The notes below the pieces were generated by a model. The model worked only from the letters and a program-made list of their open reading frames with translations, had not been told where the DNA came from and ran no database searches. A stretch of DNA of 64,000 nt from an uncultured delta proteobacterium (GTDB taxonomy: Bacteria > Desulfobacterota > Binatia > Bin18). The stretch is taken from contig CAVTCR010000071.1 of the NCBI GenBank assembly GCA_963733195.1, forward strand, positions 96,001 through 160,000, given 5' to 3'. Below are positions 9,622-21,376 of this stretch, piece by piece. Within the stretch, counting starts at the first letter, position 1. Each line of letters begins with the position of its first letter. A program made the position numbers and the translations under genes.

Positions 9622-11836
9622 TTAGAAAGCTGTCCTTCCAAATGAGCTGAGCCCCACAAAGGTAAAGAAGACGCGAAATTCGAGTTCCCGCGGGTTGACG
9701 CGGTCAATCAAACCGAGATCGACATGCCAGCACTTCTGCGGCGAGATGAATCGGACAAAGTACCGGTTCCCGATGAAGGAATCCGCGTTGAAGTCGTAGC
9801 GCCCCATGAACGCAGTCGTCAGATATTCGTTGAGACGAAAGATGACGTAGGCGTTCATTTCTTTCAACACGCGGTCGGTAATCGTGCGGTACGAGACACC
9901 TACGGTCGTGTGGCGCTGCAAATGTTCGAGTAAGGGAGCTGTGGCTGGAAGAGGACGCGGATCGGTCACAAACGCACCTAAGCGGATCGTGGTCATGTCC
10001 CCACGCGCTACGTCGTAGGTCGAATCAAAGGTAAAGGTAGCATATGGAAACGGCTGGGCACGCGCACTTAAATCCAAGTCTGAGTAGTGATCTCCCCGTC
10101 GACCAATCGCGCGGGAAGGATCATAGGCATGCCGCATTGAAAAGCGAGCGAGTTCACGCACTTCTGTCGCACTCTGCACCTCACTAGTTCCGGCTGCTGC
10201 CGGGGCAGCAAATTTGCCTAAGACGTAATTATCGACTCCATACACAAAGAGATTACGTTTATTGATGCGGTCAAGCGCGTCATACAGTGGCAGATCAAGC
10301 TGATCGACATAGGGGGTGTAGTAGTAATTCACTTGTGGTTCAATCACATGTTGGAGCTGTCGCAGACGTCCCCAGTGCGCATTAAATATACGTGAAATGC
10401 GCGTTCCTAGCTCAGCCTGAAACTGCACAGTCTCGCGGGTACGGTCACCATGCAATCGCCCGGATTCTGGAAGAGGCGGAAGTCCTAGTTCCTCAGAGGT
10501 CATGTTATAAATGGTCTCACGACCTATGGCTTTGACAGAGCCATAGAAATATTTTCCCCACTGGAAGGGCATGGCCACCCACGGCGCGAGGTCGAGGCGT
10601 TGCCCAGCATATCCGCGGTTACGATAGAAATCCGCGCCGTCAACACTAATCCCGATATCTAAACGGTCGTTCCAGATGCGTTGCTGTCCCTGGAATTGCA
10701 AGCGCGGGAGTTCTTGAAAGGCGTAATCCTGATCCTGTTGTAAATCTTGGTAGTACACCGCCTCGCCCCGAAACAGCCGCATGTCTCCAGGTTTTGACCC
10801 CACCAACGCGTGAGTCGGTGAAGCGACGTGAACGCAAATCCCAGTCATCAATTTCGAGCGTCGATTTCAGATTGAGCGCACGATGGCTAATTTCACGCAA
10901 GAAGTCGTCGTCACTGACAAAGAAGAGATCACTATACAAACGCCAGTCGTTGGGAAGTAACTGACGGTGAACTCCGGTTATACTCCAGCGATTGATAGGC
11001 GAAGTCGTCGTCGCAGGACCACGAATCTGTTCGTTAAAATACGATGCAGAGAACACTCCTTCGGTTCGCTCGTTGGGTGCATAGCGAAACTCTCCCCACA
11101 CGCCCACGCGTGCACTTGTTTCCAGGTCAGTCGTCACTGTCGCGTCATAACTCTTATTAATCGCCCAGTAGAAGGGTTGCTGCCAGACAAACCCGCGCTT
11201 ACTGGAAAATCCATAATTGGGAAACATGAAGCCACTTTTGCGGTCGCTAGTTATAGGGACAGTTCCGTAGGGTACGTACAAGAGTGGGATATTGCGTACG
11301 CGAAAAACTCCGTGGCGGACGGTTCCCCGTCCACGTAAGTCGACATCGATCGTCTTGCCACCGATGCTCCAATCTGCTTGGGCAAAATTGTCACATTGGC
11401 AAGTAGTAAATTTCCCATCCTCGATATGATACGTTTGCCCGTATGACTTCTGTAAGTTTTTTCCAGTCAGCACATACTGTTGTCGCGGCAAGGTTATAGT
11501 GCCATTGGTGATGTCTCCAGTTTCGTTCTCCATTTCGATGCGCATGGCATCAGCTTTGATATTTCCCCGCTCATCTTGGAGTGTCACGTTTCCACGGGCA
11601 GTCATCTCGTTGGTATCACGATTGACAGTGACTGTATCAGCCGAAAGTTTGGTCTCACCTTTGGTTACGACTACGTCGCCCGTTGCCGTCGCCACATTCC
11701 CCTGCTGTTCATAGGTCAGGGTATTTCCCTTGACCTGAACAGGCGCTTCCTCTTCTGCGCCCTGGTCTTGCGCCCAGGTGGGAGAGAACACTAGACAAAA
11801 GCCCAACAACACCACAACGTTCCACCATTGTCTCAC
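9622..11836 (-). CDS. lptD: LPS-assembly protein LptD (frameshift at about 10778)
   Basis: Signal peptide, OstA-like N-terminus, FTTC, DRKSGFMFP and a beta-barrel C-terminus, split across ORFs 10646-11836 and 9622-10851. Confidence 0.85.
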
Positions 11837-13140
11837 GCGATTTGTCCTCTCTCCTGCTCAGGCAAAGGTTTCATCACGGTCGGCGAAAACAGCGGATACA
11901 CTTCGCCAACAAGAAACAACGAACCCGCAATGAGCAACGCCTCATCTGGTTTCGTTGCTGCCAGCAGTTGACGACACGCGGCTGGCGCATCGTCGATGAT
12001 GTGTACTGGGCAGAACGGTGCGAACGCCGCTCGCAACACCGCCGGATCTTCGGCACGTGGTTGTTGTATACGGGTCACGACCACTTCAGTCACGAGTGGG
12101 GCAAGAAGTGGAATCATTGTCCGCCAGTCTTTATCTCGCATAACCGCAAAGAGCAACTTCACCTTCCGGCCTCGCAAGATCACCGGTAATTCGGCAATCA
12201 GCGTTTGCATGGCATGGGGGTTATGCGCCCCATCCAAGATCACGAACGGTTGCTGGGAAACGACCTCAAGTCGTCCAGGCCAACGGGCAGTCTGTAACCC
12301 GCGACGTACGTTTGCTTCGGTGATAGGGAAAGCTGGTTGCACAAGCTCAAGCGCCGCAAGTGCTACTGCCGCGTTGTTGTGCTGGAAGCCTCCACGGAGT
12401 CCAAACTGGAGATCTTGCAGTTGCCAGCCAAGTCCATGATAGCTCGCACGTCCGTCGTGCTGGTCCTGTATCGTAAAATCTTGCCCCAGCAGATATGAAG
12501 AACTCTCGCGGTCTCGGGTAAGAGCACAGAGAGTTTGCCGGCTTTCCTCATCGACATGACCAATGACAGTTGGTACGCCAGGTTTAATGATCCCACCCTT
12601 CTCACGCGCAATCTCAGCGATGGTGTTACCAAGATACGCTTGGTGGTCAAGACCAATACTCGTAATCGCGGCAACAAGCGGGGTCAGCACGTTGGTGGCA
12701 TCGAGTCGCCCACCAAGTCCAACCTCAACAACAGCCACATCAAGGGAAGCATGCGCGAACGCCCGAAATGCGAGCACGGTCATCAGCTCGAAGGGCGTGA
12801 GCTTGATTCCCGCAGGCTCGATCTCCGCACGGATCGCAGCGACTCCGTCGATAACTTCTTGTTCCGTGATCCACGTATGCCCAAGGCGGATACGTTCACG
12901 AAAATCAATCAAGTGTGGAGAAGTAAAGAGACCGACACGGTAGCCTGCGGCACTCAACATCGCATACAGAAATGTCGCAGTTGATCCTTTGCCATTTGTC
13001 CCCGCGACATGAATTGCTGGAAAGCGTAGATGCGGGGATCCGCAACGACGTAGTGCTTCTGCCACGCGTTCGAGCTTAAGGTCCATGCGCTCGACTTCGA
13101 GTCGATATACAAGGTCAAGAGTTTGCTGGTAGGTCAGCAT
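11833..13140 (-). CDS. folC: Folylpolyglutamate synthase/dihydrofolate synthase
   Basis: HVAGTNGKGS, EVGLGGRLDATN, WPGRLE and LDGAHNP. Confidence 0.95.
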   Translation of the reverse strand: MLTYQQTLDLVYRLEVERMDLKLERVAEALRRCGSPHLRFPAIHVAGTNGKGSTATFLYAMLSAAGYRVGLFTSPHLIDFRERIRLGHTWITEQEVIDGVAAIRAEIEPAGIKLTPFELMTVLAFRAFAHASLDVAVVEVGLGGRLDATNVLTPLVAAITSIGLDHQAYLGNTIAEIAREKGGIIKPGVPTVIGHVDEESRQTLCALTRDRESSSYLLGQDFTIQDQHDGRASYHGLGWQLQDLQFGLRGGFQHNNAAVALAALELVQPAFPITEANVRRGLQTARWPGRLEVVSQQPFVILDGAHNPHAMQTLIAELPVILRGRKVKLLFAVMRDKDWRTMIPLLAPLVTEVVVTRIQQPRAEDPAVLRAAFAPFCPVHIIDDAPAACRQLLAATKPDEALLIAGSLFLVGEVYPLFSPTVMKPLPEQERGQIA

Positions 13141-13148
13141 GAAAATAG

Positions 13149-13240
13149 TGAAGAATGAAAAATGAAGAGTGAAGAATGATGGATCAAGAATGAATACCTC
13201 CGAACTCTTAACTTTTAACTCTTACCTCTTCACTCTTCAT
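13149..13240. repeat. Heptamer tandem arrays in inverted orientation, (TGAAGAA/TGAAAAA/TGAAGAG)n facing (ACTCTTA/ACTCTTC)n
   Basis: Visible 7-bp periodicity; the second array overlaps the 3' end of accD. Confidence 0.65.
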
Positions 13241-14066
13241 CCTGTTCTCGTCGCACAAAAGGCCCAATATTTGCTGTAAAACACGTCGCAGGTCTGCACG
13301 CTCAACTACCATATCCACCATCCCATGCTCAAGGAGAAACTCGGCACGTTGGAATCCAGGAGGTAACTTCTCTCTGATAGTTTGTTCAATAACCCGCGGT
13401 CCCGCGAAGCCGATCAGTGCTTGCGGTTCAGCAATATTGATATCACCAATCATACTTAGTGAAGCTGCAACTCCACCAGTGGTAGGGTCGGTCATCACAG
13501 ACAGATAGGGTAGCCCTTGCTCGCGCAACCGGCCCAATGCCATATTGACCTTCGCCATCTGCATCAGGGAGAGTACGCCTTCCTGCATTCGTGCCCCACC
13601 TGATGCGGCGAAGAAGATTACGGGCAAGCGCTCGCGAATCGCATGCTCGACAATGCGTGTCAGCCGTTCTCCAACCACGGCACCCATACTCCCGCCGAGA
13701 AAGGCAAAATCGAAAATCCCCAGCGCCACAGCGCGCCCATGAATCGCTGCGACACCGCAGACCACGGCTTCTTGTCGTCCCGTTTTGGCACGCGTAGCAG
13801 AAAGACGTTCGGCGTACGGTTTCCGGTCTGACAAAATTCAGGGGATCATTCGACTGCAACGTGGCATCATGCTCAGTGAACGAACCACGATCGATGATAG
13901 TGAACAGTCGTTGTTCGACCGTCAAGCGTAAGTGAGCATTGCATTTCGGACAGACAAAAAGGCGACGCTCCACTTCTTTGCGAAAAAGGATCTCTTGACA
14001 TGACGCGCATTTGATCCAAATTGATTCCGCGTCTTCTTGCACGGGGCGTTGCTCAATAGCAGCCAT
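13208..14066 (-). CDS. accD: Acetyl-CoA carboxylase carboxyltransferase beta subunit (frameshift at about 13832)
   Basis: WIKCxxC...CPKC zinc finger, [20 protein letters not shown] and [12 protein letters not shown]. Confidence 0.93.
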
Positions 14067-14114
14067 CTTTCCCCTCCCTTGATTCGGGTGTCCCTTCTAC
14101 TGTACCTCCTCTGA

Positions 14115-14924
14115 CTACGGCTGCCGTGCTTCTCGAAGTGCCTGTTTCAGGCTTCCCACGAATGCACCAGCACGTGTAATCAAGTCAGGATGTTCACAAT
14201 GTGTTTCTATGATACGAGAGATAGCACTCCCAACGATCACCGCGTCAGCCAGTGCGGCAACCTGTGCGGCCTGGCTCGGCGAGGAAATACCGAATCCCAC
14301 ACCGACCGGAACCGGAGAGATCGCGCGAATGCGTCGAACCATCTCCCCCAAATCCTCAGGTAACGCGTCGCGGACACCCGTTACCCCAGTGACGGCTACG
14401 TAATAGACAAATCCTCGTGCCCGTGTGAGCACTTTTCGCGCACGCACCAACGAACTCGTTGGCGCAAGCAGAAAAATCAAATCGAGGTCAGTACGGTCGG
14501 TTTCCTGCTTGAGTTCATCCGCTTCTTCTGGCGGAAGGTCGACACATAAAATACCATCAACCCCAGCTTTGCATGCATCATCAGCGAATCGGGCTCCGCC
14601 GTAACGAAAGATCGGGTTGTAGTAAGTAAAAAGAAGCAAAGGCACCGTCACAGTCTGACGTAAACGGTGGACGAGGTGCAGAATCTGACGGAGGGAGGTT
14701 CCGCTTTGGAGTGCGCGCTCTGCAGCAAGCTGATTCGCCGGACCATCAGCCATGGGGTCAGAGAACGGCACGCCTAACTCGATGAGATCCGCGCCTTGGC
14801 GTACAAACTCAAGAACTAGTTGTTCGGTCGTCTCCAAGTGTGGATCGCCGGCAGTGATATAAGGAATCAGCGCAACTTCGCCACGGGCTTTCAAGCCAGC
14901 GAAGGTATCTGATATACGTGTCAT
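14115..14924 (-). CDS. trpA: Tryptophan synthase alpha chain
   Basis: ELGVPFSDPMADGP, GVTG and VGFGIS. Confidence 0.96.
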   Translation of the reverse strand: MTRISDTFAGLKARGEVALIPYITAGDPHLETTEQLVLEFVRQGADLIELGVPFSDPMADGPANQLAAERALQSGTSLRQILHLVHRLRQTVTVPLLLFTYYNPIFRYGGARFADDACKAGVDGILCVDLPPEEADELKQETDRTDLDLIFLLAPTSSLVRARKVLTRARGFVYYVAVTGVTGVRDALPEDLGEMVRRIRAISPVPVGVGFGISSPSQAAQVAALADAVIVGSAISRIIETHCEHPDLITRAGAFVGSLKQALREARQP

Positions 14925-14929
14925 AACGG

Positions 14930-16117
14930 TTAGTGAACGGTCCCGAGAAAGCGTGCGACCCCTTGCAGGTCTTTGTCGCCGCGTCCCGAAAGATTGAGAA
15001 CAACGATTTCATCTCGGCGCAGTCGAGGAACGAAAGTCGCCGCATAGGCAATCGCATGAGAACTCTCAAGCGCCGGGATAATGCCTTCGGTCTCGGCCAA
15101 CAAGCGCATCGCTTCGACAGCTTCGGTATCCTTTACAGTGGCATACTGCACGCGGTGTTGATCATTAAGATAACTTAGTTCAGGACCGACGCCGGGGTAA
15201 TCAAGCCCTGGCGCTAACGAATAGGTATCACGAATCTGGCCATTCTCATCTTGCAGGACATAACTCTTGCTGCCGTGGAGCACGCCGACGTGACCGCCAG
15301 CGATCGATGCGGCATTTTGCCCGTCGCCGAGGCCTCCGGCTTCAACACCAATCATACGTACTGAGCCGTCATTGAGAAAAGGCGCAAAGAGCCCCATCGC
15401 GTTACTGCCACCACCAACACAGGCGATAAGGTAATCCGGCAGCCGCTTTTCGAGTTGAAGGATCTGCTTCTTGGCCTCACGGCCAATAATAGACTGGAAG
15501 TCGCGCACCAGCATGGGATAGGGATGCGGACCGGCAACCGTGCCAATGACATAGAAGGTAGATGCAACCTGCGAGATCCAATCCCGTAAGGCTTCATTCA
15601 TCGCATCTTTCAGCGTCCGTGTCCCACTACTCACTTCGCGGACTTTCGCACCCAGCAAGCGCATGCGGAAAACATTCGGTTCCTGTCGGGCGATATCATC
15701 ACTGCCCATAAAGACTTCACATTCAAGCCCAAAGAGTGCTGCCACGGTCGCAGTCGCTACACCATGTTGTCCAGCACCGGTTTCCGCAATGAGACGCCCC
15801 TTCTTCATTTGTCGCGCTAACAGCGCTTGACCAATAGTGTTGTTAATCTTGTGTGCCCCGGTGTGATTCAAGTCTTCGCGCTTCAAATAAACTTTGGCTC
15901 CATTCCAACGCTCAGTCAAACGCTTGGCAAAGGTGAGCGGAGTTGGGCGACCGACATATTCTTGCAGCAACGTGCGCAGCTCACGCTGGAAAGTAATATC
16001 GCGACGACTGCGACGATAGACTTCTTCGAGTTCTAACAGAGCGGGCATCAAGGTTTCGGCGACATACCGTCCCCCGTATGGCCCAAAGTGTCCGGCAGCA
16101 TCAGGTTGTCTTGGCAT
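14930..16117 (-). CDS. trpB: Tryptophan synthase beta chain
   Basis: [25 protein letters not shown] and NLSGRGDKD. Confidence 0.97.
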   Translation of the reverse strand: MPRQPDAAGHFGPYGGRYVAETLMPALLELEEVYRRSRRDITFQRELRTLLQEYVGRPTPLTFAKRLTERWNGAKVYLKREDLNHTGAHKINNTIGQALLARQMKKGRLIAETGAGQHGVATATVAALFGLECEVFMGSDDIARQEPNVFRMRLLGAKVREVSSGTRTLKDAMNEALRDWISQVASTFYVIGTVAGPHPYPMLVRDFQSIIGREAKKQILQLEKRLPDYLIACVGGGSNAMGLFAPFLNDGSVRMIGVEAGGLGDGQNAASIAGGHVGVLHGSKSYVLQDENGQIRDTYSLAPGLDYPGVGPELSYLNDQHRVQYATVKDTEAVEAMRLLAETEGIIPALESSHAIAYAATFVPRLRRDEIVVLNLSGRGDKDLQGVARFLGTVH

Positions 16118-16720
16118 TGGCAATAAACGCTCGTACTTTTTCTGGATCTTTGCGACCAGGGGCAGATTCAACGCCACTGGCAACATCGACCGCCCAAGGA
16201 CGGACCGCCCGCGCGGCCTCAGTCACATTCTCTGGAGTCAGCCCACCGGCAAGAATGAGCCGATTGCGACATTCTAATGGGAGGGCAGTAAGACGTTCCC
16301 ACGCAAACCGCTCCCCTGTTCCCCCGTATCGTCCAGGCTTGTGGGTGTCAAGGAGGAGGTAGTCACGGAAAAATGCTGCCAGTCTGGTAACGGACCATCA
16401 GCTGGTACACGCAACGCCTTGATCGTCAGACAAGGCCAATCTTGAACATCAGCGTTCGTTTCATCACCATGAAATTGCACGGCATGCAAGCGAAGCTGTT
16501 CGCGAAGAGCAGCAACATGCGCGCGTTCAGCATTGACGAATACGCCTACACACCAGACATGCTCAGGAAGGACAGCACGAATCGCACGGGCAGTGGTCAG
16601 CGACACACAACGCGGGCTTGGGGGATAGAAATTCAGGCCAATCAGGTCAGCACCACTATCGACAGCCAGCAGGGCATCCTCCACATTGGTCACCCCGCAA
16701 ATCTTCACGCGAACACTCAC
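16101..16720 (-). CDS. trpF: Phosphoribosylanthranilate isomerase (frameshift at about 16362)
   Basis: VKICGVT and VQFHGDE; the shifted frame gives LLDT...GGTG...[11 protein letters not shown]...VDVASGVE...KD. Confidence 0.92.
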
Positions 16721-17499
16721 GCTTCTCCCCGAATCAGCCCGCGAAGCGGAACACCAGGATCGGGGGCTGCCATAAATGTTTCACCGATCAGAAAGGCTTT
16801 CACTCCAAGTGACTCTAGACGAGTGAGTTGCTCACTCCGTGAGAGACCGCTTTCCGACACCACTGTCGTTCCTGACGGAACGAGTCGAACCAGACGTTCG
16901 CTAGTCTCGATCGTCGTATGAAAGGTTCGCAAGTCTCGATTGTTCACGCCGAGAAGCTCTGCACCACAGGCTAATGCTCGTTCGAGTTCTGCCTCATCGT
17001 GGACTTCTACCAGGCAATCGAGTCCCAGCGAACGTGCCAAACCTCCAAGTTCGCGCATTTGACCGTCAGAAAGAATTGCGACAATCAAGAGAATCGCACT
17101 CGCGCCAAACGCGCGCGCTTCATAGACTTGGTAAGGGTCAAAAAGGAAATCTTTGCGTAATAGGGGGCAACGTACCTGTTCACGAATCAGCCGCAAATAG
17201 TCTAAGCTACCCTGAAAAAACCGACTTTCGGTAAGCACCGAGATGGCCGCAGCTCCATTGGCCTCATAGGTCTTTGCCAGAGACAGGGGCTCAAAATCCG
17301 CACGAATCACCCCTTTTGATGGTGAGGCTTTTTTCACCTCAGCGATGATTGTTCGTCCTGGCCACTCACGTACAGTTTTGATAAATGGTGGCGGAGTTGC
17401 GTGGAACAACGGCATGTCCTGCAATTGCTGGAGCGACACTTTTTGTCTTTGTGACGCGAGTTCGGTTTTTTTGGACGCCACGATGTCGTCGAGGATCAT
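16717..17499 (-). CDS. trpC: Indole-3-glycerol phosphate synthase
   Basis: IAEVKKASPSKG, LRKDF, GVNNRDL and SESG. Confidence 0.96.
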   Translation of the reverse strand: MILDDIVASKKTELASQRQKVSLQQLQDMPLFHATPPPFIKTVREWPGRTIIAEVKKASPSKGVIRADFEPLSLAKTYEANGAAAISVLTESRFFQGSLDYLRLIREQVRCPLLRKDFLFDPYQVYEARAFGASAILLIVAILSDGQMRELGGLARSLGLDCLVEVHDEAELERALACGAELLGVNNRDLRTFHTTIETSERLVRLVPSGTTVVSESGLSRSEQLTRLESLGVKAFLIGETFMAAPDPGVPLRGLIRGEA

Positions 17500-18515
17500 A
17501 CTGTTCCTACTCGGGTCAATGCGACAAAGCGCTCCACAGTACGTGTCGCAGCACCGCTATCGATTGCCATTCGTGCGCGTTCAACACCAAGCGCAATGGA
17601 AGGGACAGCATCACCAGCATACAGCGCCGCACCGGCGTTGAGGAGCACGATATCCCGTTGCGGCCCACGCGCACCGGTAAATATCGATCGAATGATGTCA
17701 GCCGATTCTTGCGCGCTTTTGACCTGTAAGTCAGTAAGGGAACAACGGACGAAGCCAAACTCTTCTGGAGTCAGGGTCGCGGTGCGCACGGTGCCATTTC
17801 GCCACTCAGCCATCGCAGTCGGTGCAGTGAGCGAGATTTCGTCGAGTCCGTCTTCACCATGCACAACGAGCGCATGCACACTTCCAAGTCGTCCGAGCGC
17901 TTCGGCCAGGGGAGTCACCCACTGTTGAGAAAAAACTCCTAACAATTGGTGACGTGCTCCCGCTGGATTGGTGAGTGGTCCTAACACATTAAACATGGTC
18001 CGAATACCGATCTCGCGTCGTGGACCAACGGCATGACGCATCGCGCGATGAAATGCCGGGGCTAAGAGAAATCCGAAGCGTACTTCGTGCAGACAGTGCT
18101 CTACTTGCGCGGGAGTCAGCTCGACGTGCGCTCCGAGTGTTTCAAGCACGTCAGCGCCGCCAACTGCTCCCGACATGGCGCGGTTGCCATGCTTGGCGAC
18201 ACTGAGCCCTGCAGCAGAGGCAACAAACGCCGCCGCCGTTGAAATGTTAAAGGTATGTCGACCATCACCACCAGTTCCACACGTATCCAGTACCGCAGAC
18301 GAAGCATGGACCTTGGTGGCAAGTGCACGCATCACCCGAGCCGCCCCAGTAATCTCAGCAACGGTTTCTCCTTTTATATGAAGCGCCGTGAGAAGCGACC
18401 CGATCTGTGCCGGGGTCGCTTGCCCATCCATAATTTCAGTCATGACTGCCGCCATCTCGTCTTCTGTGAGATCACGACCGGTCACTACTTGGGCAATCGC
18501 TTCCCTTACCGTCAT
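17496..18515 (-). CDS. trpD: Anthranilate phosphoribosyltransferase
   Basis: DTCGTGGDG, FNIST, AKHGNR and FNVLGPLTNPA. Confidence 0.96.
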   Translation of the reverse strand: MTVREAIAQVVTGRDLTEDEMAAVMTEIMDGQATPAQIGSLLTALHIKGETVAEITGAARVMRALATKVHASSAVLDTCGTGGDGRHTFNISTAAAFVASAAGLSVAKHGNRAMSGAVGGADVLETLGAHVELTPAQVEHCLHEVRFGFLLAPAFHRAMRHAVGPRREIGIRTMFNVLGPLTNPAGARHQLLGVFSQQWVTPLAEALGRLGSVHALVVHGEDGLDEISLTAPTAMAEWRNGTVRTATLTPEEFGFVRCSLTDLQVKSAQESADIIRSIFTGARGPQRDIVLLNAGAALYAGDAVPSIALGVERARMAIDSGAATRTVERFVALTRVGTV

Positions 18516-18522
18516 ACGATCC

Positions 18523-19464
18523 TTACTCTGACACAAGGTACGCTTGAGAGAATCTGCCTTCGCGACGGAAGCGACCAACAGCAGCCATAGCTTCGCCTTG
18601 TTTGTTAAATTTGCCAATCCGTACACGGTAGAGCGTTTCGCCGTTCATTTGTACTTTGCTCACCAACGGACTGTAGCCTAACTCGCGCAGCTCTCGTGCC
18701 ATGTCCTGCGCTGTCTCTTGATAGTTTGTAGCACCAACCTGCACGCGCCATCCGGTTGACTGTTTTTCCGCTTTCTTCGCCATCGTCAGCCCCAGCTTCG
18801 TCTCGCTCCCCTTTCCGTCTAAGAGACGTTTTGCCTCTGGTACCAGAGCCCGAGAGCGAGCTGAAGTCTCAGCTTTTTCGACATGGGTAACCGTTATAGG
18901 CATTAGCTTTTTGTCTAAATTTTCTCCACGAGAAGCAACAACAGTCGTAGCTTTTTCTGTACGCGAGGCCACTGCTGCCGGCAATTTCGGAGTAAAGGGT
19001 TCACCTACTGGCCTCGTTCGCGACGGAATATTCTCCTCATTCACAAATGGTGACTGCACTTCCCGTTGTCCTTTCATCTCAGGAGCATTTACCGGTGCCT
19101 GTGCTAGTCGTGACTTCTCTTTCTCCGTCTGCTGAAGTACCTCTTGCCTTGTTACCAGTGGCGTAGAAGGCGTCATTTTCTCTTTTGCTACCGGCCATTC
19201 CAGAGGTACATTACTCGTAGAAGCAGTTTGCCCGGCAGTTGAGTCGCTTGTTGATGTTGCTCTGCCAGCGAGTGGGTCACTAAAGGGGGCAACTGGTGCT
19301 CGCACCACCTGGGAGGGTGTCACCACTTTCCGTCCCGCCACCTCCTTTCCGACATACATGCCGGAGACGAATATCAGGAAAGAAGCGAGCAAGGCACTAC
19401 CGATGAACAGGCCTCCTTCCACTCCACTGAAACGAAAACCATAGCGTCGTTCTGTCATTATCAT
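18523..19464 (-). CDS. SPOR-domain membrane protein (FtsN/DedD-like)
   Basis: N-terminal transmembrane helix, low-complexity linker and C-terminal WRVQVGA...YRVRIG. Confidence 0.8.
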   Translation of the reverse strand: MIMTERRYGFRFSGVEGGLFIGSALLASFLIFVSGMYVGKEVAGRKVVTPSQVVRAPVAPFSDPLAGRATSTSDSTAGQTASTSNVPLEWPVAKEKMTPSTPLVTRQEVLQQTEKEKSRLAQAPVNAPEMKGQREVQSPFVNEENIPSRTRPVGEPFTPKLPAAVASRTEKATTVVASRGENLDKKLMPITVTHVEKAETSARSRALVPEAKRLLDGKGSETKLGLTMAKKAEKQSTGWRVQVGATNYQETAQDMARELRELGYSPLVSKVQMNGETLYRVRIGKFNKQGEAMAAVGRFRREGRFSQAYLVSE

Positions 19465-19493
19465 ACCCCTCCCACATCCTCTCCCTCCACAAC

Positions 19494-19529
19494 CACAAAG
19501 GGGGAGGCTGATTTTTCAGCGCTCCCCCT
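19494..19529 (-). terminator. Putative intrinsic terminator hairpin
   Basis: Minus strand AGGGGGAGCGCTGAAAAATCAGCCTCCCCCT followed by TTGT. Confidence 0.5.
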
Positions 19530-19639
19530 TCATTTAGCATGAGTTTTGCGTTTCGTCACGCTTTTTATACGGCTGAGGTAAGCATTATAAATCGGCCTAA
19601 AGTCCTCAAACGCTTGCACGGTGAGGAAGACGAGTACGT

Positions 19640-19771
19640 AGTCGTCGGCCTGCATGCTCCCATCCGAGCTGAATCCATCCCTCCTGGATTTCGGATTCCG
19701 CCGGAATAACGGCTCGGGGAATGCACCGGCTGGAGGGGCTAAACTGGAGTCCCTTCTTCGGAGGAATGACG
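19640..19771. repeat. Degenerate GTCATTCC...TCCAG / TGGATTC-type REP-like cluster
   Basis: Minus strand GTCATTCCTCCGAAGAAGGGACTCCAG and GTTATTCCGGCGGAATCCGAAATCCAG. Confidence 0.45.
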
Positions 19772-19869
19772 GAACGCCTCGTTTCCGCTGATGTGCTGAG
19801 TACTCAGCGCTCTGGTGGGACTTGCAACGATTCGATGTTCCTACTTTTCTAACGGCTTGTGAGGATTCC

Positions 19870-20277
19870 CTACCCTGCCGTTTTCTCGCCTCCGGCCCCT
19901 TCGGTTTTCGTTCTTTGTTCTCCTCGTTCAGTGAACTCGACGAGTGAAAGCGGCGCAGCATCTCCACGTCGGGTGCCGATTTTTAGCACTCGGGTATAGC
20001 CGCCGGCTCGCCCCTGGAAACGTGGGGCGACTTCATCAAACAAGCGCTGAACGAGCTTTCGGCTGCCAAGATAGGAAAACGCCAACCGGCGGGCATGGAC
20101 GGTGTTGCGCTTTCCTAAGGTCACAATCCGATCAGCCCAGCGACGGAGTTCTTTGGCCTTGGCGTCAGTCGTGCGAATCTGTTCACGCTGTAGCAAGGCT
20201 TTCACAAGGTTACGCATGAGCGCTTTGCGGTGCGCCGCGCTTCGGTTCAGTTTTCGTCCATCTTTCAGATGTCGCAT
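19870..20277 (-). CDS. rplQ: 50S ribosomal protein L17
   Basis: MRH...KLNR...HRKAL, GGYTR and RRGDAAP. Confidence 0.97.
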   Translation of the reverse strand: MRHLKDGRKLNRSAAHRKALMRNLVKALLQREQIRTTDAKAKELRRWADRIVTLGKRNTVHARRLAFSYLGSRKLVQRLFDEVAPRFQGRAGGYTRVLKIGTRRGDAAPLSLVEFTERGEQRTKTEGAGGEKTAG

Positions 20278-20309
20278 AGGTACTTCTCTCCCAGCAGGTC
20301 CTCAGTCGC

Positions 20310-21323
20310 CTACTCAGCTGTTGTCCGGAGACGTTCGAGTTCCTCCCGCGAGGGATAGTTATCAACCCGCATTCCCAGCTCCAGCCCCATTGTCTGCAAC
20401 GCCTCTTTGATTTCGTTCAGAGACTTGCGACCAAAGTTTTTTGTTTTGAGTAGATCACCCTCAGTTTTTTGCACTAACTCACCGATATAGCGGATATCCG
20501 CACTTTGCAAACAGTTCGCAGAACGAACAGAAAAGTTGAGTTCTTCAATAGGACGGAACAGATTCGCATTCTGAGGAGCAGGCGGTTCTTCATGAACCTC
20601 AATGCCACGTTCTCCTTCTTCTCGTGTGCCGACAAAAATTGCGAGCTGATCTTGTAGCACCCGTGCCGCATCAGTCACTGCTTCATCAGGGCGAATACTC
20701 CCATCTGTCCACACTTCTAAGGCTAACCGTTCGTAGTCAGTTCGTTGGCCGACTCGAGCATTCGTAACAGTAAAATTCACTTTACGCACAGGAGAGAAAG
20801 CTGCATCGAGAAGAATGGTCCCTACGGGATTTTCTTCTGTCGCTTTATAGTGTTCAGCAATGACATAGCCACGTCCGCGCCGAACTGTCGCTTCTAACTC
20901 AAGACGTGCACCTTTCCCAAGAGTCGCGATATGCACGTCGGGATTGAGGATATCGACATATGGGCCAACAGAAAGGTCACCAGCTGTCACTCTGCGCTCA
21001 CCTCGAAGATCAAGGCGTACGGTCTCAGCTTCACTGTCGCGTAGACGAAAACGGATTTCCTTGAGATTCAGCAGAATATCCGTGACATCTTCCGTAATCC
21101 CAGCAACAGTGGAAAACTCGTGCAGGACATCGCGAATTTTGACTTTGGTAATGGCTGCCCCTGAGAGAGAAGATAACAGCACGCGCCTGAGCGAGGTGCC
21201 CAGAGTAATCCCAAATCCGCGCTCAAACGGCTCACCCACAAACCGACCATACGTCGGAGTGAGGGTCTTTTCTTCAATCTCCAAGGCCTTGGGTTTAATC
21301 ATGTCGCGCCAACTGTCTTGCAT
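20310..21323 (-). CDS. rpoA: RNA polymerase alpha subunit
   Basis: [21 protein letters not shown] and [10 protein letters not shown]. Confidence 0.98.
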   Translation of the reverse strand: MQDSWRDMIKPKALEIEEKTLTPTYGRFVGEPFERGFGITLGTSLRRVLLSSLSGAAITKVKIRDVLHEFSTVAGITEDVTDILLNLKEIRFRLRDSEAETVRLDLRGERRVTAGDLSVGPYVDILNPDVHIATLGKGARLELEATVRRGRGYVIAEHYKATEENPVGTILLDAAFSPVRKVNFTVTNARVGQRTDYERLALEVWTDGSIRPDEAVTDAARVLQDQLAIFVGTREEGERGIEVHEEPPAPQNANLFRPIEELNFSVRSANCLQSADIRYIGELVQKTEGDLLKTKNFGRKSLNEIKEALQTMGLELGMRVDNYPSREELERLRTTAE

Positions 21324-21376
21324 GCTGCTCCTCTTCCCGGTACTCGCTCGTCATCACGAAGAGTACCGCACCAGCG

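Noticed and set aside
17496-19464. trp cluster lacking trpE/trpG
   Set aside because: Split trp operons are common, and these genes probably lie elsewhere.
19530-19575. ACGCAAAAC...CTAA resembling a c-di-GMP-I riboswitch core
   Set aside because: The GGCAAA/GNRA stem and the closing pairing could not be built. An Infernal scan would settle it.
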